Shown here: piece by piece, positions 36,521-46,875 of the stretch | How the letters are laid out: every line of letters begins with the position of its first letter | Position numbering within the stretch: position 1 is the stretch's first letter | IMG/VR virus record: IMGVR_UViG_2513237098_000002 | Span: 1 to 64,000 of that record | Strand: one strand, 5' to 3' | Source of the DNA: a virus | Taxonomy: Duplodnaviria; Caudoviricetes | DNA: 64,000 nucleotides | Program-made: the position numbers and the translations under genes | Notes under the pieces: model-generated | Databases searched by the model: none | What the model was told of the DNA's origin: nothing | Seen by the model: the letters and a program-made list of their open reading frames with translations, nothing else

Positions 36521-38095
36521 ATGCCGATCAGCTTTGCCAACATCCCTGCCAACATCAAGGTGCCGCTCTACTGGGTCGAGGTCGACCCGTCGATGGCCGG
36601 CCTGCCCTCGATCAATCTCCGCGCGCTGATGGTCGGCATCATGACCGCCGATGGCGACGCCACGCCCGACGTGCCGATTCCGATCGGCAGCCAGGCGCAG
36701 GCCGACATGCGGTTCGGCCAGGGCAGCGAACTGTCCCGCATGTTTCAGGCCTACTACGCCAACAACTTCGCCAACGAGGTCTGGGGCCTGCCGCTGGCAG
36801 AGCCGGTCGGCGCGGCGGCAGCATCCGGGACCATCACCGTAGTCACGGCGCCGGCTGAGGCCGGCACCATTCATCTCTACATCGCCGGCACCCATGTGCC
36901 GGTTAATGTCACGCCGACCGACACGATCGATGTTATCGCCGCGGCGATTGCTGCCGCGATCAATGAGGATGACACCTTGCCGGTCACGGCGGTGGCAGCT
37001 CCAGCGCCAGCCGCCACGGTCACCTTGACCGCGATGTGGAAGGGCATTCTCACCAACGACATCACGGTGTCGCTGAACTATTACGGCGCCCGCGGTGGCG
37101 AGAAGCTGCCGCCCGGTCTTGAGATCACCCTGCCGACCGACGGTCTGTTGACCGGCGGCTCCGGCACGCCCGTGTTCGACGACGCCATCAACAACATGGG
37201 GGAGGAGCCGTTCGAATACGTGGCGATGCCCTACACCGACAGCTCGTCGCTGTTCGATTGGGACCAGGAGTTCGGCTTCACCGATGACGGCCGTTGGGGT
37301 TGGCAGCGCCAGCTGTTCGGCCACGTGTTCTCGGCCAAGCGCGGCACCTACGCCGACCTGCTGTTGTTCGGTCAGCTGCACAACTCCGGCGTCGAATCGA
37401 TCATGGCGTTCGAAGTGGCGTCACCGTCGCCATGCTTCGAATGGGCCGCCGCCTATGCCGCCAAGGCCCAGCGCGCCCTGGTCAATGATCCGGCCCGGCC
37501 GCTGCAGGCGCTGTCGTTCAACAAGATCAAGGCCGCCGGCATCCACGAGCGGTTCAATTTCGCCGAGCTGAATTCGTTGGCCTCGAACGGTCTTGCGATC
37601 CAGAAAATCGGCGCCGACAAGCAGCCGATGATCGCCCGAGAGCAAACCACCTATCAGTGGAATCTCTACGGTCAGACCGACGATGCCTACGAGCTGGTGA
37701 CCACTTTGGCGACGCTGGCCAAGCTGCTGCGCAACCAGCGCCACGCCATCACCTCGAAATTCCCGAGGCATAAGCTTGCCAATGACGGCACGCGGTTTGG
37801 ACCCGGCCAGGCCATCGTCACGCCTGGCATCATCAAGGGCGAGCTGATCGCGCAATATCAGCAGGATATGTGGAGCGGCCTGGTCGAAGATCTGCGCAAC
37901 TTCAAACGGCACCTGCTGGTGGAGCGCGATCCGGACAATCCGAACCGCGTCAACGTGCTGTATCCGCCGGACCTCATCAACCAGCTGCGCATCTTCGCCG
38001 TGCTGGCGCAGTTCCGCCTGCAGTACGACCGCGGCATCGACAACGTCATCATCGGCCAGAACCAGCCGCCCTACAACGCCGCGTCGAACGCATAA
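36521..38095 (+). CDS. Tail sheath protein (Mu gpL-like)
   Basis: IPANIKVPLYWVEVD; ARPLQ; NPNRVNVLYPPDLINQL. Confidence 0.92.
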   Translation: MPISFANIPANIKVPLYWVEVDPSMAGLPSINLRALMVGIMTADGDATPDVPIPIGSQAQADMRFGQGSELSRMFQAYYANNFANEVWGLPLAEPVGAAAASGTITVVTAPAEAGTIHLYIAGTHVPVNVTPTDTIDVIAAAIAAAINEDDTLPVTAVAAPAPAATVTLTAMWKGILTNDITVSLNYYGARGGEKLPPGLEITLPTDGLLTGGSGTPVFDDAINNMGEEPFEYVAMPYTDSSSLFDWDQEFGFTDDGRWGWQRQLFGHVFSAKRGTYADLLLFGQLHNSGVESIMAFEVASPSPCFEWAAAYAAKAQRALVNDPARPLQALSFNKIKAAGIHERFNFAELNSLASNGLAIQKIGADKQPMIAREQTTYQWNLYGQTDDAYELVTTLATLAKLLRNQRHAITSKFPRHKLANDGTRFGPGQAIVTPGIIKGELIAQYQQDMWSGLVEDLRNFKRHLLVERDPDNPNRVNVLYPPDLINQLRIFAVLAQFRLQYDRGIDNVIIGQNQPPYNAASNA

Positions 38096-38111
38096 CCATT
38101 AGGAGGGAAAC

Positions 38112-38477
38112 ATGGCACAGAGAATTGCGGGCATCGCCTTCCTGACGGTGGACGGCGTGCAAATGGCAGTGCGCGGCAACTTCACGGTCAGTCCGTCACC
38201 GGTCGAACGCACGATGATCGCGGGACAGGACGGCGTGCACGGCTATCAGGAATTGCCGCGCGTGCCCTACATCGAAGCCGATCTCTCGACCATGCCAGGC
38301 TTCTATCTGGAAGACCTGATGGACGAGACCGACGTCACCGTGGTGGCGCAGCTCGCCAACCACATGCAGTACACGCTGATCGCGGCCACCTGCAAGGGCG
38401 GGTTCGAGAACAACACCCGCGACGGCCAGGTGCGGGTGCGCTGGGAAGGCGTCACCTGTGAGGAGGTCAGCATATGA
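38112..38477 (+). CDS. Tail tube protein (Mu gpM-like)
   Basis: RIAGIAFLTVDG...GQDGVHGYQE.PRVPYIE. Confidence 0.88.
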   Translation: MAQRIAGIAFLTVDGVQMAVRGNFTVSPSPVERTMIAGQDGVHGYQELPRVPYIEADLSTMPGFYLEDLMDETDVTVVAQLANHMQYTLIAATCKGGFENNTRDGQVRVRWEGVTCEEVSI

Positions 38478-38944
38478 ACGTTAGCCCGAAGCGCGAAGGC
38501 TTCATCAACGACGAGGGCGACAATCGGATCGCGCGTCCGATGGTCGACGTCACGCCGGAGAAGCCGGCGGCCGAGAGGAAGTCGCGCCCCGTCCAGGAGC
38601 CGGCGATCGAGCCATCGCCGGCCGAGCAGGATCCGGGGTCGACCGAGCTAGAATGGCCGATCACCGTCAAGCTGCTGCACAAGCCGATCCGCAACAACAA
38701 AGGCGAGAAGATCCGCGAGATCACCCTGCGGGAGCCGCGCGCCGCCGACATCAACCGCTATGGCAATCCGGTGCGGATCGACCAGGAGGGCGAGGTGCGG
38801 ATCGAGGAGCGCAAGATGACCTTCATCATCGCCGCGCTGTCCGACATCCTGCCGCCGTTCATCGAGGACATGCATCCACGGGATTGGAACAGCGTGGCGT
38901 TTCGCCTGCAGCGTTTTTTTCTTCCCGATCCAGCGGCTTGGTAG
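38474..38944 (+). CDS. Tail assembly chaperone (G-like)
   Basis: L.KPI....E...ITLREPRAAD. Confidence 0.85.
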   Translation: MNVSPKREGFINDEGDNRIARPMVDVTPEKPAAERKSRPVQEPAIEPSPAEQDPGSTELEWPITVKLLHKPIRNNKGEKIREITLREPRAADINRYGNPVRIDQEGEVRIEERKMTFIIAALSDILPPFIEDMHPRDWNSVAFRLQRFFLPDPAAW

Positions 38945-39108
38945 GCAGCGAGGACGACGTCATCCTCGACTGCTATCGGCTGGCGCGCTGGTACCACGTC
39001 AACCCCGACATCTTCCTGTCCATGCCACTGACTGAGGTCGCGACGCATCTGCATCGCACGGCGCAACTCGATCGCGAACAGCAGCAGGCCAAGAGTGAAG
39101 ACGACTAA
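38913..39108 (+). CDS. Chaperone frameshift extension (T-like) reached by -1 slip at T7C
   Basis: cgt ttt ttt ctt slippery run at 38914-38921; -1 frame open to 39108. Confidence 0.8.
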
Positions 39109-42023
39109 TGCCAACGGAAGAGGAAGAGCTACGCTTAACCGTTAGCCTCGTCGACAATGCGTCGGCGGGGATCGCGAAGCTGCGCGAGGAAATGCAGAGC
39201 CTCGGCGGCGGCGCGACCGCGCAGGGCGTGGAGAAGTTCAAGCGCGAACAGAGTGCGCTGCAGGAATCCGCCAAGGGGCTCGAGGGCGAGGTTTCTAACC
39301 TAGCCGGCGGGCTCGCCAACATGGGCAAGGTCTCCGCCACCACGGCCTTGGGCGTTACGGCGCTCGGTTATGCGTTCTACAAAGGAGTCGGCTTTGTAAA
39401 GGACTGGGCGGCTAGCCTGCGCGAAATTCAGCAGGTAAGCCGCGCCATCGGTGTCGGCGGCTCTCACATCAAGAACATGATCGAGCAGTTCGGCGCGGTT
39501 GGCGTCAGCGCCGAGACGGTGGTGTCCAACATCGCCAAGATGTCCGACACCATCGCGGAGGTCGGGAGAGCGGGCAGCCAGCTCAAGGACGAGATGATCC
39601 GGAATGCCGGCGTTGCCGGATCAGGTGCTGCTCAAGCCATGAAGGAGCTGCTCGAGCAGCTGCCGAAACTGGATTCTGCGGAAAAGCAATATACCGCCAT
39701 CGCGCAGGCGCGACATAACATCATTCTCAATTTGATGCGCGACCAAGGGAAGTCGCTGCAGGAAGCGACCTCGATCGCGAATAAGTGGGCAGCGCCGTTC
39801 CTGGACAAGAGCCTGCTCGGCGCGCTCGAAGCAGTCAAGGAGCAGACCGACGCCTGGTACAAAGCCGAAGAACGGCGGATGCAATTGGGGACCGAGTTTT
39901 CCAACCAGCTCGGTGAAATGGCCCAGACGTGGTCGTCGATCAGCGACATCATCAAGACGTTGCCGCTGCCGGCGCTGACCGAAGGATTGAAGGTCATCAA
40001 TCAAGACCTCAGGGATATCCTCTCGGTATTCCAGGCGATCGAAAAAGTCGTCATTTTCATCGAGGAGACATGGGCGAAAGTTACACAAACGAAGCCGGAT
40101 GAGGCGAAACGGAATATTCAGGAACGGTTCGGTCGGTTTGGTCTGGGCGTTACACCAGAGCAGCAGGAGCAACTGAGGCAACAGCAAGGTCAGCAAAAGC
40201 AGGCCGACGAACAAAAGCAATCGATCGACGACAATAAGAAGGCGACCGAAGAAAATACCGGGGCGCTGAATTCGATCGGCAATATGTTCAAGGGGCTGTT
40301 CCATCGATCGGCCTATGGCGGTATCGGCGCTGGCGGCGAAGGTTACGGTGGCATGGTGCAACGGGCTTCGTTGACCGGCGCCAACAATGCGCTGGTACAG
40401 CAGGCATCGTTCCGAGACATGGTGCAGCAAGCCGCCTTCACGCCCGGCGGTGGCTTGGGACGGACGCCGGGCGGCGCGCCGATGTTCGGCGGTGGTGGTG
40501 GCAGTTGGGGCGGCGGTGGTGGTGCCGCCGACTACAGCGGCGCGGGCGGCGTCGTCGGTGGTGGGGCCTTTGGCTATAGCGGCGACGCGCAGGGCGGCGC
40601 TGGTGCGTTTCCATCCGCTCCCGGAGGCGGTGGCGCCGGGGCGGCCGATGGCAGCGGCGGCACGCCGAACGGCAGCAGCGTCGGCCCCGGCCAATCCGCC
40701 GCGGGCAATGCAGCCTCCGGCAACGGTGAGGTCGGACCGGCGGCGGCGCTGGCCTTTGCGCGACAGCATCTCGGCGAAGACGAAATCAAAGATCAGACCA
40801 AGCTGAGCGGCTTTTTCCGCGAGCAGGGCATCAAGGTCAATCCGGCAACCACCGCATGGTGCGCGGCCTTCGTCAACGCCAATCTCAAACAGGCCGGCCT
40901 CAAGGGTTCTGGCTCGCTGGTCGCGACGAGTTTCTTGAACTACGGCTCGGCGGTCAAATCAGGGGACGTGCAGGCGGGCGACATTGGCGTATTGGCGCGG
41001 GGCCGCCGCGCCGGTCAAACCGGCGGCCATGTTGGTTTTCTCACGGGCAACACGCGGAAAAATCCGCGAACCGGTGAACTGGAAGTGGAGATGCTCGGCG
41101 GCAACCAAGGTGGCACCGCCTCCGGACGTGGCGGCGTCTCAACTCAGTGGCGGCCGGCATCGCAGGTAACGGTGCGCCGCCCGGACTATACGCCCAACGG
41201 GCAGACCGCCGGTCCCGGCACCGGCAAGGGCGCGGGCGAAACACCGGCCCCGGCCGATGGTGCACAGGCTGCCGGCGGGTTGACGGCAAATCCGCATGAT
41301 CCAAGCGACAAGAGCATTCCAGCTTCGATCCGCAATGCCAATGTCGGGGCTTCATGGCCGCGTGCTGCAGATGCAAAGTATGGCGGCAGCGTTGGCGTGC
41401 TCGGCGATCCCGCCAACAAGATCGGGAAATTTTCGACCGTTGAAGGCGGCATGGCCTCCAACATGGAATTGCTGGCACAAAAATATCAGGGAATGACGGT
41501 CTCCTCGGCAATCTCTAAATGGAGCGGAAGTCATCGGTCTCGCGTCCCCGGATTTGCACCGGGAGAGACGGTCACGGCGGACATTCTCAACGATCCGGAA
41601 AAACGCCGCGCATGGTTTCACGCGCTGGCGAAAGCCGAGGCTGGCAAGGATTGGGTCAGCGACGAGCAGATCGATCGCGCCTACGACATCTACAAGGCCG
41701 GCGGGATCAAGCAGTGGCAGGCTCAAAGAGAAGGGGCTGGCGCAACAGCGTCCTTACCGGGTGGCAGCTCTCAGAGCGCTTTCCGCAGCGGCGGTGGCTA
41801 TAGCGTTCTCGCCGAAGACCGCCAGCAGATCGACAAATCGCAGGCCGCATCCACCAAGGTCGAGGGCAGCGGCAAGATCCGCGTCGATGTCAACGCGCCG
41901 AAGGGCACCAAGGTCGGCGCCGAAGGCGGCGGCCTATTCAAGGACGTCGAGGTCAACCGACAGACCCAGATGGAGCCGGCGCGACGTTCGGCGCAGGCCG
42001 CCGACGAACCGATGAACATCTAA
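39108..42023 (+). CDS. Tape measure protein with CHAP/NlpC-like and lysozyme-like domains
   Basis: Helical N-terminus; AWCAAFV...GHVGF...LGGNQ; SIRNANVGA...F.TVEGG. Confidence 0.85.
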   Translation: MPTEEEELRLTVSLVDNASAGIAKLREEMQSLGGGATAQGVEKFKREQSALQESAKGLEGEVSNLAGGLANMGKVSATTALGVTALGYAFYKGVGFVKDWAASLREIQQVSRAIGVGGSHIKNMIEQFGAVGVSAETVVSNIAKMSDTIAEVGRAGSQLKDEMIRNAGVAGSGAAQAMKELLEQLPKLDSAEKQYTAIAQARHNIILNLMRDQGKSLQEATSIANKWAAPFLDKSLLGALEAVKEQTDAWYKAEERRMQLGTEFSNQLGEMAQTWSSISDIIKTLPLPALTEGLKVINQDLRDILSVFQAIEKVVIFIEETWAKVTQTKPDEAKRNIQERFGRFGLGVTPEQQEQLRQQQGQQKQADEQKQSIDDNKKATEENTGALNSIGNMFKGLFHRSAYGGIGAGGEGYGGMVQRASLTGANNALVQQASFRDMVQQAAFTPGGGLGRTPGGAPMFGGGGGSWGGGGGAADYSGAGGVVGGGAFGYSGDAQGGAGAFPSAPGGGGAGAADGSGGTPNGSSVGPGQSAAGNAASGNGEVGPAAALAFARQHLGEDEIKDQTKLSGFFREQGIKVNPATTAWCAAFVNANLKQAGLKGSGSLVATSFLNYGSAVKSGDVQAGDIGVLARGRRAGQTGGHVGFLTGNTRKNPRTGELEVEMLGGNQGGTASGRGGVSTQWRPASQVTVRRPDYTPNGQTAGPGTGKGAGETPAPADGAQAAGGLTANPHDPSDKSIPASIRNANVGASWPRAADAKYGGSVGVLGDPANKIGKFSTVEGGMASNMELLAQKYQGMTVSSAISKWSGSHRSRVPGFAPGETVTADILNDPEKRRAWFHALAKAEAGKDWVSDEQIDRAYDIYKAGGIKQWQAQREGAGATASLPGGSSQSAFRSGGGYSVLAEDRQQIDKSQAASTKVEGSGKIRVDVNAPKGTKVGAEGGGLFKDVEVNRQTQMEPARRSAQAADEPMNI

Positions 42024-42034
42024 AGAGGAAAACG

Positions 42035-42580
42035 ATGGCAACGGTGTTCGACCTGCCAACGGCGTGGCGCGATCGGTTGATGCAGGCGTCGTTCCGCAAC
42101 GCGCGCTTTCACTGCGAGGTCAACAGCCAGGAGAGCGGCCGGCGCATCGTCGAGCACGAGTTTCCGAAGAAAGAGCTGCCTTACGCCGAGGACATGGGCC
42201 GCGTCGCGCGCGCGTTCACGCTACGCGGCTACTGCATCGTCTATCCCTACGACGACGAAGCCAACGACATCCTGTACCGCCGCAACTACCAGCTGGCGCG
42301 CAACCGCTTGATCCTCGCGCTCGAGGAGGAAGGCCCGGGCCGGCTGCGGCTGCCGACCCTCGGCGACAAGATTGTTGTCTGTCCGCGCTACCGGGTCACC
42401 GAGGAAGAGCGCTTCGGCGGCTTTTGCGTGTTCGACATGACCTTCCAAGAGCAGGGGATCGATCCGGCGCTGTGGGTGCCGATCGTCGACACCGCGGGCG
42501 CCCTAATGAATGAAAGCCGGAACATGCGCAACGAGGCGCAACGTGTGCTCGCCAATCCGCCAGCCGAGATCAATGCATGA
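42035..42580 (+). CDS. Mu-like DNA circularisation protein, N-terminal part
   Basis: WRDRLMQASFRNARF...GRRIVEHEFP...YAEDMGR. Confidence 0.88.
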   Translation: MATVFDLPTAWRDRLMQASFRNARFHCEVNSQESGRRIVEHEFPKKELPYAEDMGRVARAFTLRGYCIVYPYDDEANDILYRRNYQLARNRLILALEEEGPGRLRLPTLGDKIVVCPRYRVTEEERFGGFCVFDMTFQEQGIDPALWVPIVDTAGALMNESRNMRNEAQRVLANPPAEINA

Positions 42581-43245
42581 AACGGCAGGACGCGATCGAA
42601 GCCGCCGGCATCGTCGATCGCATGCTGGCGAATTTGATCGCGACCGTGCCGTCGAAAGGCCGCGCCTGCTCGCAGGCCCGCACCACGATCGGCGACACCC
42701 GGGCCAACGCCTTCAAGCTGCTGATCGAGGACGCGATCGGGCCGCCGCTCGACGCCTGCTTCGATGAGGCCAGGTTGGCCGGCACGACATTGCAACAGAT
42801 CGAAAGTGTGCGGCGGCAGCTCGATGCCGAGATCACGACGACGTTGGGCGGCATCCTGGTGAAGAATGCCAGCGTACGGTTCTGCCTCGCCACTTCCGGC
42901 GCGATCATCGCGACAATGGATTTCGTCAGCCGGCAGGACGTCGCCCAGCGGAAGAGCGAGATGTCGCAGCCCTTCGCCGAGGCCGCCGAGATCGCCGCCG
43001 ACGACATGGACTCGATGAGCTACCAGGCGCTGGTGAGGCTTCATGCCGCGATCACCAACCACCTGGTCGAGACCGCGCGCCCCTTGCCCAGGATGCTCAA
43101 CTATCAGTTTGCCGATGTGCTGCCGTCGCTGGTGCTGGCCTATCGGCTCTATGACGACGCCTCGCGCGCCGACGAAGTCCGCGAGGAAAACAAAATCGTG
43201 CACCCCGCGTTCTGTCCAATACAAGGCCAGGCGTTATCGCAATGA
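42577..43245 (+). CDS. Mu-like DNA circularisation protein, C-terminal part
   Basis: LPSLVLAYRLYDDASRADEVREENKIVHPAF. Confidence 0.8.
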   Translation: MKRQDAIEAAGIVDRMLANLIATVPSKGRACSQARTTIGDTRANAFKLLIEDAIGPPLDACFDEARLAGTTLQQIESVRRQLDAEITTTLGGILVKNASVRFCLATSGAIIATMDFVSRQDVAQRKSEMSQPFAEAAEIAADDMDSMSYQALVRLHAAITNHLVETARPLPRMLNYQFADVLPSLVLAYRLYDDASRADEVREENKIVHPAFCPIQGQALSQ

Positions 43246-43265
43246 CCCCACGCGAGCGCTGATCC

Positions 43266-44405
43266 ATGCCGAGGCCGCAGGAAGTCGCGCAGCTGGCGGT
43301 CGCCGGCAACATCTTCGAAGATTGGGAAACCGTCGAGGTGTGGAGCGATTGGGCGGAATCTTTCAGCCACTTTCGGTTCACTGCGGCCGAGCGCGATACC
43401 CTGGTGACGACCGCACGCGGCAAGGTGCCGTTATGGACCCGGCTGCAATTCAAGCCGGATGATCCCTGTACCATCCTGCTCGCCGGCCGGCTCGCGATCA
43501 CCGGCTTCATCGAGACCCGGCAGGTCGCCTACGACGCGCATCAGCACGGCGTGATGCTGATCGGCAAGAGCCTGACCGCCAATGCGGCGAAATCCAGCGT
43601 CGACACCAAGACCGGTAATTTCGACAACAAGAATATCGTCCAGGTCGCGCAGGAAGTGGTCGCGCCCTACGGCGTCGGCATCAAGGTGATCGGCGCGCCA
43701 GATCTGACGCCGTTCCCGAAACTGCAGAACAGTCCCGGCGAGCTGGTGTGGGATTTCCTCGAGCGCATCGCGCGCCCGCGCGGCGTGGTGATGGGCTCGG
43801 ATGCCCACGGCAATTTCCTCTTGATCGGCGAGCACACCGGCCAAGTCGTCACCGAACTGGTCGAGGGGATCAACATCAAGTCGTGCCAGTGCATCATCAA
43901 TCATGAGCACGTCTACACCGAGCACGACGTGCGGGGCCAACACGCCGCCAGCGACGACAACTCCGGCACCAAGGCCAGCGAGCTGAAATGCATCGCCAAG
44001 GGCATGTCGGGCGCGATGTTCTCGAAACTGATCACGCCGGCCGAACAGCCGGTGAAGACCCAGGCCGAAGTTTGTAACCGCGCCAGGTACGAGGCGATCT
44101 GGCACAACGGCACCAACGTCACTGCGACGATCACGGTGTACGGCTGGCTGCGCGATGAGCAGGCGCTATGGGCGCCAGGCGATGACGTCCACGTCTATTC
44201 GCCGATGGCGATGCTGGACATGCCGATGAAGATCCAGCGCGTCACCTTCACCCAGGACAGCCAAAGCGGCACGCAGACCAAGCTCGATCTGGTCGCGCCC
44301 TGGCTGTTGCGCGATAGCCTCGGCTGGGATGTGCGTCATCCCAACCAGCCCGGCGGCCAGATCATCAACGAAGCGACGCCATCGGCGATACAGACATCAG
44401 CATAA
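43266..44405 (+). CDS. Baseplate hub (Mu gpP-like)
   Basis: WETVEV; ITGFIE; GELVWDFLERIAR. Confidence 0.88.
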   Translation: MPRPQEVAQLAVAGNIFEDWETVEVWSDWAESFSHFRFTAAERDTLVTTARGKVPLWTRLQFKPDDPCTILLAGRLAITGFIETRQVAYDAHQHGVMLIGKSLTANAAKSSVDTKTGNFDNKNIVQVAQEVVAPYGVGIKVIGAPDLTPFPKLQNSPGELVWDFLERIARPRGVVMGSDAHGNFLLIGEHTGQVVTELVEGINIKSCQCIINHEHVYTEHDVRGQHAASDDNSGTKASELKCIAKGMSGAMFSKLITPAEQPVKTQAEVCNRARYEAIWHNGTNVTATITVYGWLRDEQALWAPGDDVHVYSPMAMLDMPMKIQRVTFTQDSQSGTQTKLDLVAPWLLRDSLGWDVRHPNQPGGQIINEATPSAIQTSA

Positions 44406-44416
44406 CGGAGTTACCC

Positions 44417-45226
44417 ATGCACCGTGCCACACCGCTCAATTCATCGTTCGTCGGCTACGTGTCCGGCGGCGCCCGCAGCGTCGTCGACAAGGTCGATGAC
44501 ACCAAGCTGATGCAGGAGATGGGCGGCAACTTCATGGCCAACGAAACCCGGCAGGCGATCGAGGCCGCGCAGAACTACGGCTTCTCGTCGGTGACGTTCG
44601 ATGCCGAGAAAGACCAGATGGGCAAGATCATCGGTAGCGCCGAAACCTTCGTGAACTTCAACGGGGGCAATCGGTCGTTCCCGTCTGCGGGTACGATCGA
44701 CGATCGCCGCCACCGGATGTTCAAGCTGGAGAAGGGCGACACCGCGATGTTTCGCGGGCGCGGCGACAAGCAGCAATTCCACATGACCAAGGACGGCGGC
44801 TTCTGGACTGCACCGCAGGACAAGACCGTGCGCATGCATTTGCTCGAAAAGGACAGCGAGAGCAATGACAGCGTGCAGCAGCAGAGTGATGAAGAGATCG
44901 CCGAGCTGGCCAAGCGTGGCGTATTTGTCAGGCCGCTCGCCGAGGGCGGCCAGGAATCCACCACCGAGGATGGCAAGAAGCAGAAACGCGGCCAGGAAGC
45001 GCTCTACAAGGACGGTCAGAAATCGAAGATGTTTGTCGAAGTCACCAAGGACAAGACGCGGATGGGTGGCAAGACCTGCCACATGGCGCTCGACGACGGC
45101 AACACCTACGTCCATGCTCATTCCGACAAGAACGTCTATCTCGGCGCCGAAGCCGGCAAGGGCACGTTTTCGATGCTGGTGACGCTCGATGGCCCGTGCG
45201 TCAACAGCAAGGGCAAGATCGGCTGA
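44417..45226 (+). CDS. Baseplate spike (Mu gp45-like)
   Basis: QNYGFSSV; GGNRS; DDRRHR...LEKGDTAM. Confidence 0.85.
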   Translation: MHRATPLNSSFVGYVSGGARSVVDKVDDTKLMQEMGGNFMANETRQAIEAAQNYGFSSVTFDAEKDQMGKIIGSAETFVNFNGGNRSFPSAGTIDDRRHRMFKLEKGDTAMFRGRGDKQQFHMTKDGGFWTAPQDKTVRMHLLEKDSESNDSVQQQSDEEIAELAKRGVFVRPLAEGGQESTTEDGKKQKRGQEALYKDGQKSKMFVEVTKDKTRMGGKTCHMALDDGNTYVHAHSDKNVYLGAEAGKGTFSMLVTLDGPCVNSKGKIG

Positions 45227-45230
45227 GCCG

Positions 45231-45752
45231 ATGGCCGGCGAGATCAATGTCCCTGACATCCGGCTGGTCCAGAACAACGTCTTTCCGAAATACTCGGTCA
45301 CGGTTGACTGGTCGTTGCTGCCGAACGGCACGCTGGACGATCGCCAGGCGCTGGCGACCGCGGTGATCGTCGCGCTTGGCACCGACGCGCTGGCCGACAA
45401 GGACGACATCCTGCCCGATCCGGATTCCACCAACCGCTGCGGCTGGTGGGGCGACCTCGACGCCGAGCTGATCTGGAAGGGCTGGCCGATCGGCTCCAAG
45501 CTCTGGCTGTTGCGGCGGGCCAAGATCAACTCTGCCGCCTCGCGCGAAGGGGCGACGCTGGTGCTGGTCGAGGAATACATCCGCGACGCCATCCAGCCGT
45601 TCGTCGATCGCAGGATTTGCACCGGCTTCGATGTCTGGGCGACGCGGGTCGACAAGCAGCGCATCGACGCACTGATCCGGATCTATCGCGGCCCGGAACG
45701 CGAGATCGAGCTGCGCTACGCCGTGCTGTGGGACGCATTAGCGGGGTCATAG
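45231..45752 (+). CDS. Baseplate wedge (Mu gp46-like)
   Basis: LATAVIVALGTD...GWWGD...IGSKLWLLRRAK. Confidence 0.88.
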   Translation: MAGEINVPDIRLVQNNVFPKYSVTVDWSLLPNGTLDDRQALATAVIVALGTDALADKDDILPDPDSTNRCGWWGDLDAELIWKGWPIGSKLWLLRRAKINSAASREGATLVLVEEYIRDAIQPFVDRRICTGFDVWATRVDKQRIDALIRIYRGPEREIELRYAVLWDALAGS

Positions 45753-46865
45753 ATGCCTTGGGAAACACCGGCCCTGCGCGAGGTGCGAAGCCTCGTGCGG
45801 GACAGCATCCGCGTGTCGCTGCCTGGCGCCGACGCCAACGTGCCCAACAGCGTGCTGCGGGTGCTGTCGGACAACCAGGGCGCGCTGTGCCATCTGACCC
45901 TGCAATACATCGACTGGCTGGCGCGGCAGCTATTGCCCGACACCGCCGAGACCGAATGGCTCGATCGCCACGGCCAGATCTGGCTGGTCAACGCCGACGG
46001 CTCCAAGGGTCGGAAGATGGCGACGCTGGCCTATGGCACCGCGCGCTTTGTCGGTGACGGCGCCGTGATCCCGGCTCACACCCAGATGCAAAGCGGCGTC
46101 GCCATGCCGCCCGGATCGGACTCGCCGTACAACGTGGTGACGTTCGAGACCTTGGAGGACATCGAGACCTCGAGTGGCGGCGTCAACGGCAGCATCCGGG
46201 CACTCGATCCTGGCTCGTACGGCAATCTGCCGGCCGACAGCGCGCTGGCGATTTATCCGCCGGTCCCCGGCGTCGAGACCATCGCCACCGTGGTCGGGAT
46301 GACCGGCGGCACCGACACCGAGACCGACGAGCAATTGCGCGACCGGATCCTGCGCCGGATCCAGAAGCCGCCGATGGGCGGCGCGGTGCATGATTACGAA
46401 GCCTGGGCGCTGGCGGTGCCAGGCGTGACCCGGGCCTGGGCCGCGGTCGAGATGGGCATCGGTACCATGACGGTGCGCTTCCTGATGGACGATCTGCGCG
46501 CCGACAATGACGGCTGGCCGGAGCAACAGGACATCCACGCGGTCGCCGGCTACATCGACAAGATGCGGCCGGTCACGGTCGAGGATTGCTTCGTGCTGGC
46601 GCCGATCAAGCAGTTCCTGGACATCACGATCGCCGAGCTGGTGCCCGACACCGAGGAAGCCAGGGCGGAGATCGAGGCCAGCGTCAGCGAAATGCTGAAG
46701 CTTCAGGCCGCGCCAGGCCAGACCATCTACGCCGCCTGGATCAGCTACGCCATCATGAATGCGCCGAGCGTGCAGTCGTTCCGACTGGTGACCGACGACG
46801 ATTTTGTCATGCAATCAGTGGGGCACATGGCGGTGCTGGAGAACATCATTTACGAGCAGCCATGA
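45753..46865 (+). CDS. Baseplate J-like (Mu gp47)
   Basis: PDTAETEWLDRHG; GGTDTETDEQLRDRIL; GGAVHDYEAWALAVPGVTRAW. Confidence 0.92.
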   Translation: MPWETPALREVRSLVRDSIRVSLPGADANVPNSVLRVLSDNQGALCHLTLQYIDWLARQLLPDTAETEWLDRHGQIWLVNADGSKGRKMATLAYGTARFVGDGAVIPAHTQMQSGVAMPPGSDSPYNVVTFETLEDIETSSGGVNGSIRALDPGSYGNLPADSALAIYPPVPGVETIATVVGMTGGTDTETDEQLRDRILRRIQKPPMGGAVHDYEAWALAVPGVTRAWAAVEMGIGTMTVRFLMDDLRADNDGWPEQQDIHAVAGYIDKMRPVTVEDCFVLAPIKQFLDITIAELVPDTEEARAEIEASVSEMLKLQAAPGQTIYAAWISYAIMNAPSVQSFRLVTDDDFVMQSVGHMAVLENIIYEQP

Positions 46866-46875
46866 GAGTGCGCCG

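Noticed and set aside
42035-43245. Frameshifted (pseudogene) DNA circularisation protein
   Set aside because: The two ORFs overlap by ATGA with clean start and stop, consistent with a natural split.
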